A stretch of DNA of 62,760 nt, the filler included. It is 12 parts of 12 records of this genome, joined end to end, with 100 filler letters (N's around TTAATTAATTAA, not from the genome) between each part and the next. Parts side by side here need not be neighbours in the genome. Positions count along the whole stretch, not along the records: positions 11,378 to 14,498 come from SRR15195285_7845; positions 14,599 to 18,709 come from SRR15195285_7854; positions 18,810 to 23,470 come from SRR15195285_7855; positions 23,571 to 28,578 come from SRR15195285_7859; 8 more parts are not named here. One strand, written 5' to 3'. Both the position numbers and the translations under genes were made by a program. Below, piece by piece: positions 13,133 through 23,571 of this stretch; within the stretch, counting starts at the first letter, position 1; every line of letters starts with the position of its first letter. The notes under the pieces are model-generated. The model made no database searches, was not told the DNA's origin, and was given only the letters and a program-made list of their open reading frames with translations.

Positions 13133-13248
13133 GGCTGACCAAGCCTGATCCAAATACATATTTTATGCCGTGCACATGAGTGCTTGGGTTACAGTATACA
13201 GATGCTGGCGACTTCGAGCCAGCAGGCTGAGCGCGTGCAAGAATCAGG

Positions 13249-13839
13249 TCATAAGTCCTCGTCGTCGCTTGCCAGCATGTCAGTGTCATCATCTGGCTGC
13301 AAGTCTCCGAACGAAAACTGTGGCGCTGCTGTCTGACCTCCACCAAGAGGCTCACTCTGCTCCATCGCACCAGAAGCTTCGTGACTTATGCTCTCTGCCG
13401 CCAGATCTCGTGCCTTCTGGGCCTGGTTGCGCTGGGCGATATACGCAATCTCTGCCGCCTGACGCTCCTCGTGCTCTCTCTCCAGCCGCTGAATCTCCTT
13501 CCCAATCTCTTTGCGATTGCGCTTCTGCTCAAGATTTTTCTTCTTGAGCTTGAGCTTACCCCTCGTCATGTCCTGAATTGTTTGGCGAAGCTTTCGCGTC
13601 TCCATCACGTGGCGCTTCTTGAGCTTCCCAAGCGAGAGGTCCTTGATGCCGTCGAACCGCGATGCATCCTGCGTCAACTGAGTCGCGAGCGCAGCATTTT
13701 CAGGCAGCTTCTTCGCTGCAGCTGCCTTCTTGATATTGCCACCGCTCTCCCCCTTTCTAACGATCGCTTTTTTGATGCCGAGTATGCCCTTGTCTTTGAG
13801 TGCCAGCGAGCTCTTCTTGCTCGCACCCTTCTTTCCCAT
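13249..13839 (-). CDS. Lys-rich coiled-coil protein resembling the N-terminal helical region of OTUD6B/Otu2, without an OTU domain
   Basis: MGKKGASKK start; LKKRHVMETRKLRQTIQDM..KRNRKEIGKEIQRLEREHEERQAAEI; acidic tail. Confidence 0.55.
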   Translation of the reverse strand: MGKKGASKKSSLALKDKGILGIKKAIVRKGESGGNIKKAAAAKKLPENAALATQLTQDASRFDGIKDLSLGKLKKRHVMETRKLRQTIQDMTRGKLKLKKKNLEQKRNRKEIGKEIQRLEREHEERQAAEIAYIAQRNQAQKARDLAAESISHEASGAMEQSEPLGGGQTAAPQFSFGDLQPDDDTDMLASDDEDL

Positions 13840-14498
13840 CGTCGGTGCCAGCAAACCGACCGTGCAAGTGCCGCCGCTGTCAGGTGGACGGCCAGGCCCC
13901 ACTGCCACGCCCACTCCGCACCGAGCAGTCTGACAGCACACTATATAGCCTGTAGACTGTAACCAAGGCTACGGCAGTGGTAGCAGCACGGTCAAGGGAC
14001 ACCACGGGGCGCACATCGCAGTGACGGCGATCACGGTCCGCCGGCGTCGGGTCCGCCGTTGGCGTGGCTGCACCGCTCGGCAGCGGCGGCGGCCGCCGGC
14101 GACGGTCTCCCTCTCTCCGGCCGGTCAGTTCAGACGACCATGGAATCGCACTGTAGTTTAAAAAACTTTCTTGCGAGCGGCTCGCCTGCTGCAGCGCTGC
14201 TCCGTGGTCGTGTGAGTGTACCAGTATCATTCCTCTCACCTCGATCCGTCCCGACGAATCGGGAGGACCTCGGTGTCAGGAGGATCGGTTACTCCTACGA
14301 CGCCCGAACAGCGCGCACCGCCACGCGTAGGGTGTGTGCCAGGGGCAACGGCACGCGAAACGGCTACGGGTGCTTTAAGGGCCCTTAAAGATAAGGGCCT
14401 TCTAATTGGTACGTCAATAATTGGCAACGCTCAGCGTAAACAAAAATTCGAATATTGTTATGTTTGCTAAACCGGATTACTCATTACTGAACCTCGTC

Positions 14499-14598
14499 NN
14501 NNNNNNNNNNNNNNNNNNNNNNNNNNNNNNNNNNNNNNNNNNTTAATTAATTAANNNNNNNNNNNNNNNNNNNNNNNNNNNNNNNNNNNNNNNNNNNN
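14499..14598. other. Artificial contig spacer
   Basis: N44-TTAATTAATTAA-N44. Confidence 0.99.
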
Positions 14599-16003
14599 GC
14601 TGCTGCTGCTGCTGCTGCTGCTGCAACTGCTGCAACTGCTGCGCCTCAGCTCGACCGTCAGCGGGGCTCTCGTCGCCACTGCTGCTGCTGCTACTGCTGC
14701 TGGCACTGGCGGACGTTGAGGTGGAGGAAGGGATCCAGATCACTGCTAGTAGGCCTTGAAAGGTAGTCAGCTCTAGCTGCGGCGCGGGGAAGGGCAGCTC
14801 AGCGATAGAAAGCAGTAACGACGCTGACCGTTTCTGCTCGCTCCGATCGTCGTCATGAGTTCTCCTGTTCGTACCGATCGACTCCTCGCCACCACTTGTT
14901 GGTTTGCCAGCAGCCACGCCCTCAGCCGCCTCGCCGCCACTTGTCGTTCGGAAGAAGGTATTGCACTGCAGCCACAGCCAACGTCTTGGAAACACCGTCC
15001 CCCAGTCCTTCTCTAGGTAGCCGCGTCCACGAACTGCCACCTGCGCTCCGCCGTTGACGGCGATGCTGCCTGAGACGTCGTGTCCGAGAGAGACCACGCC
15101 GTGGCGGCAGGGCAGGGCAGCGTGCGGCAGGTAGGCGAGCCAGCCCATCACATCAGGGTTGAAGATGGATGGCGCCACCGGCTGAATGTTGTGGTACACG
15201 AGCTCTCCTATCACCGTGCCACAGTCGCCTTGCCGTTGTGAGTCTTCGAGCAGCATATCTCTGGCGCTGCTGCCGCCGCTGACTTCGCAGCTGAGCGCAT
15301 TGCGTCCATCCAACTGCACTGTGGCTCTGGCCGCAGAGAAACGGTTCGGGCCCACAGTGAACGCCCAGTCGCCCTCGCCTGCCTGTGGCTCTGCCGGCCC
15401 GGTGGCGTTGGCAGGGTAGCGGAACAGCCGCGCGCGCTGCGGTGCTGCGGCAGCGGAATCCACCACGATGACAAACCCAAATCCACCACTTTCCTTGCCG
15501 TCGCCGCCAGGCTCGAGTAGCACACCAGGGATGAAGACAAGACTACGTTCTCCCTCAGGCTCGAGCACAGCCTTGTAGTACCACCCTTCGAAGTACCGCC
15601 CGGCAGCGGCAGCCGCCGCGTCATCGTGGTAGCCCTCCGGCCGAAACAGCAGCGCCGCAGGGCCTCCTCGCTGCGCTCGCAGCCAGCCCGCGCTGGGACC
15701 ACCCGCCCAGCCACCGCTCACACTGACCACTTGCCCAGCCACCGCACCCATGGCGCCACACATGGCCTCACAAACGAGTGCGCAGACTCGATCGATACTT
15801 GCGACAGGATCTCGCAGCAGCAGCTCGAAGGCGGCCTCTACTGGCCCATCGCCAGCAGCAGCTGGGGCCGCCGGCGCCTGCAGCACGTGGTGCGCGATGC
15901 TGCAGAGCAGCCAGGCTGCCAAGCACAGCAGCAGCTGTCCGCGCAGCACACGTAGTACGCTACGCGCGGTTGCTATGGCAGCGTGCTCTTCCAGGCCGAG
16001 CAT
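14599..16003 (-). CDS. Tocopherol cyclase family protein; 3' truncated in a polyQ tract
   Basis: YFEGWYYK; VMGWLAYLP..HGVVSLGH; GRGYLEKDWGTVFPRRWLWLQCN; N-terminal hydrophobic segment. Confidence 0.85.
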
Positions 16004-16546
16004 GTGGGTCCTGCGGAAGGTACCACTGCAAGGCCTGGCTGAGTCTGACGGTTTCCGCCAAGGTCAAGCCGGCCAGCGCTGCATGGTCGCCCGGAAATAC
16101 CTCAGCAGGTACGTGTACAAGCTCCATCCTGGCGTCGTCGCTCCCCACAGCAAGCAGCTCCATACTGGTCGACCCCCCAGCTGCCAGGGCATGCAGGCCG
16201 CCAAGGGGGAGTGCAACGAAGCTGGACCTTGCCTAAATTGCGCATCGCGAGCGCGTTTGGCCCTGGTGCCGCTCGTGCGTGCGTGCCCCGTGCCGGCGCT
16301 ACACGTGTAGAGCCGGCCGCTACGCCGCGTACCGGCCGAGCGCGCCGAGCGGTACATACAATTGGCTGGATGCGTCTGGGACCAAGTCCAGCTCTCAATT
16401 CAAGCTATCGATGCGAGGCAAGGTAGCAGGAGCGGACAGGACCAGCATTGAAAGGACTGCCTGATCAAGAATTCGGGTGAGTGCTGGTGTCGCGCAACGA
16501 AACCAACGGCAGCAATTGGCTCAGTGCTACCCAGGACATAGTAGAA

Positions 16547-18709
16547 TTAGAATGCACCCACGCTTACACTATTGTTCCACCCACTGCCAACATGCGTCGA
16601 AACTGGTTGCCTCTTCTTGTTGGTACTCGCACCAGATGCAGATGCAGAAGAAACCAACGTACTAGCACTGTGGCCACGACGCAACACAGACGCCACCCGC
16701 CTTGCATGCTCCGCCCAATCCTCGTCCTCCGCATGATCCGGTCCTGAAAACTCGGAGAAATCCCCAACAGACGCAACGCCATCCCTGCTGTAGTGCAACG
16801 ATGGATGAACTACATGGTGGGCCTCATTTTCTTGCTGGTTCGGTTTTGCCCCTAAGCTCTCAGAGTACTTTCCTGCCGGAGAACGCTTATCCACGTGCTG
16901 TGGCACTCGCGGCTCCGCGGCACAAATCCCTCGCGGTTGCCGAATCCAGCCAGTGGTGTTGTGTCGATTTGTTGTCGATTGCAGTGGCCGAGCTCTCCTA
17001 TGGCTTGCTTCCATCGCGTGAATCTCTGTTGGCATTTGTTTTGAGTCAGGCTTTCGGCCGTCTCGGCAGTCTGGAGAAGTCCCAAGAACAGACGCTACGT
17101 GCCGTAGCACGAGCCTATCGCCGTCACCGCACAACTCCCGCTTACGGTCAGGTGTGAGTTCATTTGCCATAACCCCTCCCCGAGCTGCCATAGCAGGAGC
17201 AGCAGCAGCAGCGGGGGGCGAATTCTGCTCCTGCTGCTGCTCCTGCGACCGCCGCCGCCCCCGCTGTCGGTGTTCAATTGCTAACGTCTCGCTGTCGTTC
17301 TTGTTGAGGACCTGCGCCTCCACGGCGTCACGCAGCTGCTGCAACGCATCCGATACCAGAGGATTTGTCTTCGGTGGCACTGTATTCGCAACCGCGAAGG
17401 GAGTACTTGTGGCAGGCGGGCTTGTGACGAAGTCAGGTGTTGGGTCGGGTGTTGAATCGGCTGCTGCCTTCCTGCGCAGCTGCACTTGGCGTCGTCTACA
17501 CCCATTGTTCGTGCTGTGGTTATGCCCACCCAGAGAGGCAGCAGCATCTCCATCCACAATGGCAGTGCTCTTGCTCCGCCTGGTCTGAGACAAACGTAGT
17601 GTCAAGTCTTCACTTTCTTCTCTGGTGTAAACAGCCAGTCGCTCCATAAGCCCCTCATTCTCCTCTTCGAGTAATCGTGCTTTCTTCTGAGCTTCATCTC
17701 TCGCTTCTTCAGCTAGAGCCTGAGCTTGCTGAGCATTTTCAAGCGCCACAAGCATCGTCGACTGCTTCTCGCGTTCGTGTGCCGCAGCGCGTGCAGCACC
17801 CGCGAGTCGCTGTTCCAGCCTTGCGTTGGAGGCTTCCGCCGCTTGTTTCGCAGTCTCCATCTCTCGAAGCTGAGTTTGGAGGCTCATAATTAGCTGTTTG
17901 CGCACTGTGCGCTCGTTCGCTAACTTACTCCACTGAGGGTCCACAATCCGCTGGGTGGTTTTCACGGAGGTGGCACCACTTCCTGTTTTTGTGCGCTGTG
18001 CTTCGCTCCTCTCCTTGTTCGTGGATGCAAGCCAAACCCGTACGCTGAGTGCAGCAGGCAGCATGGCAAGAAGAGCCTCTCCAGCGCATAGTGCAACGCA
18101 GAGAACTGGAATATCCACATGTCTCGCGTCTACATCTCCCGCCTTTGCGGTAACTCGCTCCATGACTTTATCTTCTTCGTTGACTATGATGCAGCCCACA
18201 GCGCCTGCATCCTGTACGTGCTTGGCCTTTTTGGCGAAAGAAACACCGCCGCCACGTCGAACTACAGCCACAGCACCGCGGTACATCGATGGGTTGTTCG
18301 TCACCGCAGTTTCTGCGTATATTGGATCCGTCCGCACCACAGGTATGCCTTCCAGACTCAGCGGAAGCTCACCTCTAGCGAGCCCAAACTCAGCTACGGT
18401 GGCAGCGATCCGAAGGGAACCTAATGCGAGTTCTGCAACAGCCGAGCGACAGGCACGGCGTACCGGCGCCACTCGGGTGCTGTCCTCGTGCTGCAGCTGT
18501 CGAAGGAGCTCTTGTTGCTTTGCACGTTGACGCGCTCGCTCTCGTTGCTCACTGTTCTTGCTATGCCCTTGTAACTCTGCGCATACCGGCGTATGGTCAA
18601 CTCCGTCATTTGCACGCTCCTTCTTTACCGTATCCCACGCTGGCTCGTTGGTTCGAACATCCTCGTCCTCATTAGCATTGTCAGCATCGTCAGCATCGTC
18701 AGCATCGTC
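16547..18709 (-). CDS. PA (protease-associated) domain + coiled-coil protein; 5' truncated
   Basis: The frame is open to the contig end. GAVAVVRRGGGVSFAKKAKHVQDAGAVGCIIVN..IPVLCV is a PA signature, followed by a long E/Q/A/K coiled coil. Confidence 0.7.
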   Translation of the reverse strand, partial: DDADDADDADNANEDEDVRTNEPAWDTVKKERANDGVDHTPVCAELQGHSKNSEQRERARQRAKQQELLRQLQHEDSTRVAPVRRACRSAVAELALGSLRIAATVAEFGLARGELPLSLEGIPVVRTDPIYAETAVTNNPSMYRGAVAVVRRGGGVSFAKKAKHVQDAGAVGCIIVNEEDKVMERVTAKAGDVDARHVDIPVLCVALCAGEALLAMLPAALSVRVWLASTNKERSEAQRTKTGSGATSVKTTQRIVDPQWSKLANERTVRKQLIMSLQTQLREMETAKQAAEASNARLEQRLAGAARAAAHEREKQSTMLVALENAQQAQALAEEARDEAQKKARLLEEENEGLMERLAVYTREESEDLTLRLSQTRRSKSTAIVDGDAAASLGGHNHSTNNGCRRRQVQLRRKAAADSTPDPTPDFVTSPPATSTPFAVANTVPPKTNPLVSDALQQLRDAVEAQVLNKNDSETLAIEHRQRGRRRSQEQQQEQNSPPAAAAAPAMAARGGVMANELTPDRKRELCGDGDRLVLRHVASVLGTSPDCRDGRKPDSKQMPTEIHAMEASHRRARPLQSTTNRHNTTGWIRQPRGICAAEPRVPQHVDKRSPAGKYSESLGAKPNQQENEAHHVVHPSLHYSRDGVASVGDFSEFSGPDHAEDEDWAEHARRVASVLRRGHSASTLVSSASASGASTNKKRQPVSTHVGSGWNNSVSVGAF

Positions 18710-18809
18710 NNNNNNNNNNNNNNNNNNNNNNNNNNNNNNNNNNNNNNNNNNNNTTAATTAATTAANNNNNNNNNNNNNNNNNNNNNNNNNNNNNNNNNNN
18801 NNNNNNNNN
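18710..18809. other. Artificial contig spacer
   Basis: N44-TTAATTAATTAA-N44. Confidence 0.99.
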
Positions 18810-19066
18810 AAATTCGAAAATTGACTCACTTTTCGTGAGGTGGGTCCCCGAATTCAGAGCAACCGGGCCACGGCCCTGATTAGCAGATTAGGACCTCATA
18901 AGTTATATCGACTCGATTCAGTATTCATAATCCGGATCGATATCGCCGCTCGCGCCACAACGCTTGACAATCTTCGAAGCCAGCTTGGCACAACCCCGCC
19001 GTGCCGCCGACGGCGCGCGCCACGCATGCAGCGAGCAGCAGGCTGCGGAGCGGTGTGCAATCAGGG

Positions 19067-20299
19067 ATGAGCCCCGCGATCCTGACCCTGATCCTGATCC
19101 TACTTTTGGCCGCCACGGCTTCAGGCTGCGTCACAGCAACGGACTGTGGCCTTGCCGGTATCTGCGTGGCGGGTCACTGCAACTGCGACCCCTGGGCCAC
19201 GGGACGGCGCTGCACAAAACTCAACGCGCGACCCGCCAAGACCTCTCGCGCCCTTTACCGTCCTGACAGCAGCTCGTGGGGCGGCACTGTGCTAGCGGGC
19301 AACGACGATCAGAGCTGGCACATGTTTGCCTCTTCTTTCATCAATTCCTGTGGCTTTTCGAGCTGGGAGCACAACAGTGAGGTGGTTCATGCCACTGCCT
19401 CGTCACCCGAGGGACCCTTCCACATCTCTGATGTGGCGCGACCGCCCTGGACACACAATCCAACGGTAAGCCGTACCAATGGCACGCTGGTGCTGTTTCA
19501 CCTTGGTGCAAGCTCTCCCAATGGCTCTCCGCTGAAGAACTGCTCACATGGCGTGACTCATGGTCGCTCCGTGACGTGGCGTCCAGACCAGCGACTAACT
19601 CTAGAACCCCTGCGCTCCAACGCACCTGGCACGCCTCTGCTTCCTGCGGTCTCGTGGTCCGACTCACCTTCCGGGCCGTGGCAATCCGCGCCCGGCACGC
19701 GCGAAGGCTGGGGCATGAATAATCCAGCCGCTCACTTCTTGCCCAACGGTTCAGTGTTCATGTTATACAAGGCCAGCTGCGATGAGGACCCGGGTGGACA
19801 CTCGTTCTGCCGTCAGTTCGCTGTCGCCAATTGCGTAAACTACACTGGGCCCTGCAACCACCTGCGAAAGATCCCTATATATGGAGAGGACGCCGGATTG
19901 TTCCGCGATAAGCGTGGCGCGTTTCACATTTTTTTCCACGGGGGGAATTATGCGCCGTGCCTAAAGACGGGGGCGTGCAACTACACAGGTCCGACCTGCC
20001 GGAGATTCCATCACAACACATGGAGCAACGACTGCTATTTTCATACGGCATGGTCAGCAGATGGCTTGGAGTGGGAAATGGACAAGACGACGCAGCCATT
20101 TGACTGGACAATCCAGTTGCAAGATGGCGGCAACATGACATACGCGGACCGAGCTCGGCACCAGGTGCTGTTGGATGCCGATGGGGAACTGTCGCATGTG
20201 TACGGTGGTGTACGGCGCGACAGCGCGACGGACTTCACCCTCACAGCCGTGCAGCCCGTGCACACAAGCAAAACGTTGCCACACCGAGGAGTCGACTGA
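19067..20299 (+). CDS. Secreted five-bladed beta-propeller glycoside hydrolase (GH43/62/32/68-like) with N-terminal EGF-like module
   Basis: Signal MSPAILTLILILLLAATAS; C..DCGLAGICVAGHCNCDPWATGRRC; SSWGG, WHMFAS, NSEVVHATASSPEGPF, HNP, GED and WSADGLEW motifs. Confidence 0.75.
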   Translation: MSPAILTLILILLLAATASGCVTATDCGLAGICVAGHCNCDPWATGRRCTKLNARPAKTSRALYRPDSSSWGGTVLAGNDDQSWHMFASSFINSCGFSSWEHNSEVVHATASSPEGPFHISDVARPPWTHNPTVSRTNGTLVLFHLGASSPNGSPLKNCSHGVTHGRSVTWRPDQRLTLEPLRSNAPGTPLLPAVSWSDSPSGPWQSAPGTREGWGMNNPAAHFLPNGSVFMLYKASCDEDPGGHSFCRQFAVANCVNYTGPCNHLRKIPIYGEDAGLFRDKRGAFHIFFHGGNYAPCLKTGACNYTGPTCRRFHHNTWSNDCYFHTAWSADGLEWEMDKTTQPFDWTIQLQDGGNMTYADRARHQVLLDADGELSHVYGGVRRDSATDFTLTAVQPVHTSKTLPHRGVD

Positions 20300-20759
20300 T
20301 GTGCAGCGGACTCGTCTTGACTGAGCATTCATTACATAGTTTCTTACGTACATGCCTTTAGGATCACGCTATCGCTAACCATTGTCATTTATCCAACCAG
20401 CTCCGCCAAGAGCTCACCTAGTGGAGAAAGTGACATGCAGCAGCCGCAAGCACACCGATCAGCGGAGCACCTAGTCAGGTTGCTGTCAGCGACAACATAG
20501 CGGCTAGGAGCGCGCAGATGTCATCGTTTGTACTGAATTACGATAAATCTTTGCTACTACCATCGATCCTAAAACGGGGACGTCCTTTCTACCTTGATAC
20601 TACATGCAGAGTATTACGGCAGTGAATCATTGGCGATACGACGCTACGGCATTGCAATATTCATTGAATCATCCATTTGGACTACGCGCTCCAAGCGGTC
20701 CTTCGAAAGCATAATCTTTTGTGCACAGAGCACACAACCATGGCACCGTAGGTGCAACT

Positions 20760-23021
20760 CTACCGACCGGCGCCCAGCTCGGTCGGGGCGTCCTTTTTCT
20801 TTTTCTTGGACGGCGCGAGGATGGTCCCCGTCGCGAAACGCGAGGTCGCAGATGTCATCACCTTGCCAATATTGGACCGCATCTTCGCGCAAATCAATCG
20901 TGCCTGTGGAACGAAGCACGCCACGCAAGGTTGAGTCGCAACGACACCACTGCATGCTACGATTCGGAGCCATCTCAGCGGGATAACAAGCGACGCAACC
21001 CACCTCTTGTGTGTCAAACTTGAAGTGCTCTTCCCTGCGTGTGATTGCATTTTCGCTTTTGAATCCAAAATGCTTCTTCGACGACTCCCAGCCTTTGATG
21101 GCCGGATATTCCCAGTGCGCGCCGACTTGGGGAGCATTTCTGATCTGCACCCGCACGCCATCGAATGCGATGAAAAGCACGACCGGTATCCGTTCAGGAT
21201 TGCCGGAGCCGTTCGTGATCTGCCAGCTGCAGCAAGCAGCACCAAGAACAACAGATCTTAGATGGTTTTTCGGAGAATGAGCCGAACGCGGCCTACAGTA
21301 GCGTCAATGGAAGGAAGAGTGCGGTGCATCGACGTCGGCAATCCAGGCACGCACGTGACAGAGAAAGTCGCCACGCTGTCGTCATCGTCTCTGTCATCAT
21401 CATCTGACTCATCAGAGCCTCCTTGATTGGTAGGCAGGCCCAGATGCTGGTGAAACGTTTGCGTGATCGCTGCACCGTTCACGTCATCCGCCGACATCAT
21501 CAAGAATTTAATGCCCTTGTGCGCTTCTTTCAGCCCAGCGTTCGCCTCTGCGTGGTCGGGAACTCTCTCGAGCACGGCTGAGAATACCATCGCTGCCTTC
21601 TTGTACTCGCCGTTCTGCAGCTTGGATACAGCCTCTTTCATCTTGACCTCCACGAAGCTGTCCGGTGGCCCGATGATCTGCTGCCCATCGACACCGCGCA
21701 TAGTAACCCAGCCACGGTCGAAGCGCACCCGTAAAATCGTGTTGTGGCCCATTTGGCCCTCCAGCCCTTCGATCACCGTGAGCTTATCGCCTGGCTCCAG
21801 CTGGCCACACTGTGGGGACGATAGCTCGAACCCTTCTCGGATGAGTGTCCTCTTCAGGCACACAGCCTCCATCGGGAAGTTCAGCGTGGAGAGCGAGAGC
21901 TCTGTCTGCACTGGTGCAGCAGCACCTGGCTGGATGGGCAAATCTCGTGCCGCCTGCGCTGCTACCGGGGGTGGGGCGCCGAAAACTGGGGCTCCGCCGC
22001 CGGCAGCCGTGGCCGGTGTTGGCGCGGCCGGTGTCACTGCTGCCGGAGGTACCGCCGGCTCCGGCTCCGGCTCCAGTGACTTGCCGGTCATCGCTGCCAT
22101 TTGCGCCTCCTGTTGCCGTCGGAGGTTGGACAGGTAGTCGGCGGCGGTTGGCACGGCACCTGGTGCTGGGGCCGGAGCAGCAACAGGCGGTGGCGCGCCG
22201 AACACGGGAGCCGCGGCCGCCCCTGCACCCGGCACGGCCACAGGGGTGGGGGCAGGGGCGGGGGCTGCAGGCCATCCTACAACCGCCGGTGCTGCCTCCA
22301 GGCTGCCGTCGAGGTTGCCCACTGCAGGGGGCGCTGCAGGCAGCGCCGGTGCCGGCTCGAGGCTCTGGTCGAGTGCGGGAGCCAGTGGTGCCGGCTCGAG
22401 GCTCTGGTCCGCTGGGGCCTCCGCAGGCGCGGCTGCATTCAGGCCGAACGCATCCGGCTCTGCTTGCTTCACCCCCGCGATTCTGCCAGTCGCTGTCAGC
22501 TCGAGCTTCTGCGGCACGAGCGACTGCACGGCTGCTTGCGGCGACACCTCCGGATCCACCACGGCTGGGGCCTGCACCGGCGGCGCCGGCGCAGCGGCAG
22601 CCTTGGCAGCTTGGAGGCCGAACGCATCTGGCTCCTTCTGCTTGGCTGGGCCCGCCAGGCTGCCGGAGGGCGACATCTCAAGCACCGGCATCACGCCCAC
22701 CACGCGGGTGGGCGGAGCGTTCGCAGGCGCGGAGCCCTCTGCCTTGCGCACGTGGAGCGCCTTCTGCAGCGCCGCCTGCACCGGGTCCACGGCGGGCGCA
22801 GCGCCGGCGGGCTCCACCGGCTCCAGCGCAGCGTCGGCGGGTTCCGCTGCGCTCGCATTGAACATGGACAGCAAGTCCCCGCCGTTTGCGGCCCCTGGCA
22901 CCGCCTGCGCCGCGCTGAAGCCGGCCAAGATGTCGGCGGCCCCCGCCTGCGGTTCCGCTGCGCCCGGGGTAGGCGAGACCTCCATACCCTCCCACATCGA
23001 TTCACCAGCCCCGCCCTCCAT
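20760..23021 (-). CDS. Pro/Ala-rich adaptor-like protein with SH3b-like module, TPR and C-terminal PH/PTB-like domain (spliced)
   Basis: ORF 21258-23021 plus downstream exons (LFIAFDGVRV..WEYPAIKGWESSKKHFGF..FKFDTQE|ARLICAKMRSNI..TAG at 20760). TPR: EAVSKLQNGEYKKAAMVFSAVLERVPDHAEANAGL. Confidence 0.55.
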
Positions 23022-23470
23022 CGCAACCTCCCCCCCTCTCCCCTCCGCCGCGTGCTCCCCCCACTCAACTGTATGGTGATGAAAACGGGGCGACCACTGT
23101 CCCCAGTCAACTGTATGGCGTCCGACCCCCCTCCGCCCTCTGCTGCCCCCCTCGTAGATCTGCTCTCATTTACGCAACATCAAGCGCCGGGCTGTATTTC
23201 TTTTAACTTTCGTGCAGTCTGCTCTGGAAAATAGTACCATTTCTGGGGATCGGTTCCAACAACCTATGATCAACTCGTCACTTGCCTGGATGCAGTCCAC
23301 ACGCTGCTGGGCCGGCGGGACGCGTGGCACTCGGCGACTCGGGGGATCACTCTTCACTCGCCCCGGAGAGACTGACCTCTGTGACCACACACAGATCACA
23401 CTGACACAGGGGACTGAGGTATACAGTACGGTACATGCGGGTAGTGCGAGACCGGCTGTAATGAACCGCA

Positions 23471-23570
23471 NNNNNNNNNNNNNNNNNNNNNNNNNNNNNN
23501 NNNNNNNNNNNNNNTTAATTAATTAANNNNNNNNNNNNNNNNNNNNNNNNNNNNNNNNNNNNNNNNNNNN
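23471..23570. other. Artificial contig spacer
   Basis: N44-TTAATTAATTAA-N44. Confidence 0.99.
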
Positions 23571-23571
23571 G

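Noticed and set aside
19081..19101. cctgac/cctgat hexamer repeat resembling a telomeric repeat
   Set aside because: It encodes the hydrophobic core (LTLILIL) of a signal peptide.
21463..23234. Long plus-strand ORFs overlapping the Pro/Ala-rich gene
   Set aside because: Antisense shadow ORFs expected in very GC-rich coding DNA; no motifs. The same applies to most short ORFs in the track.
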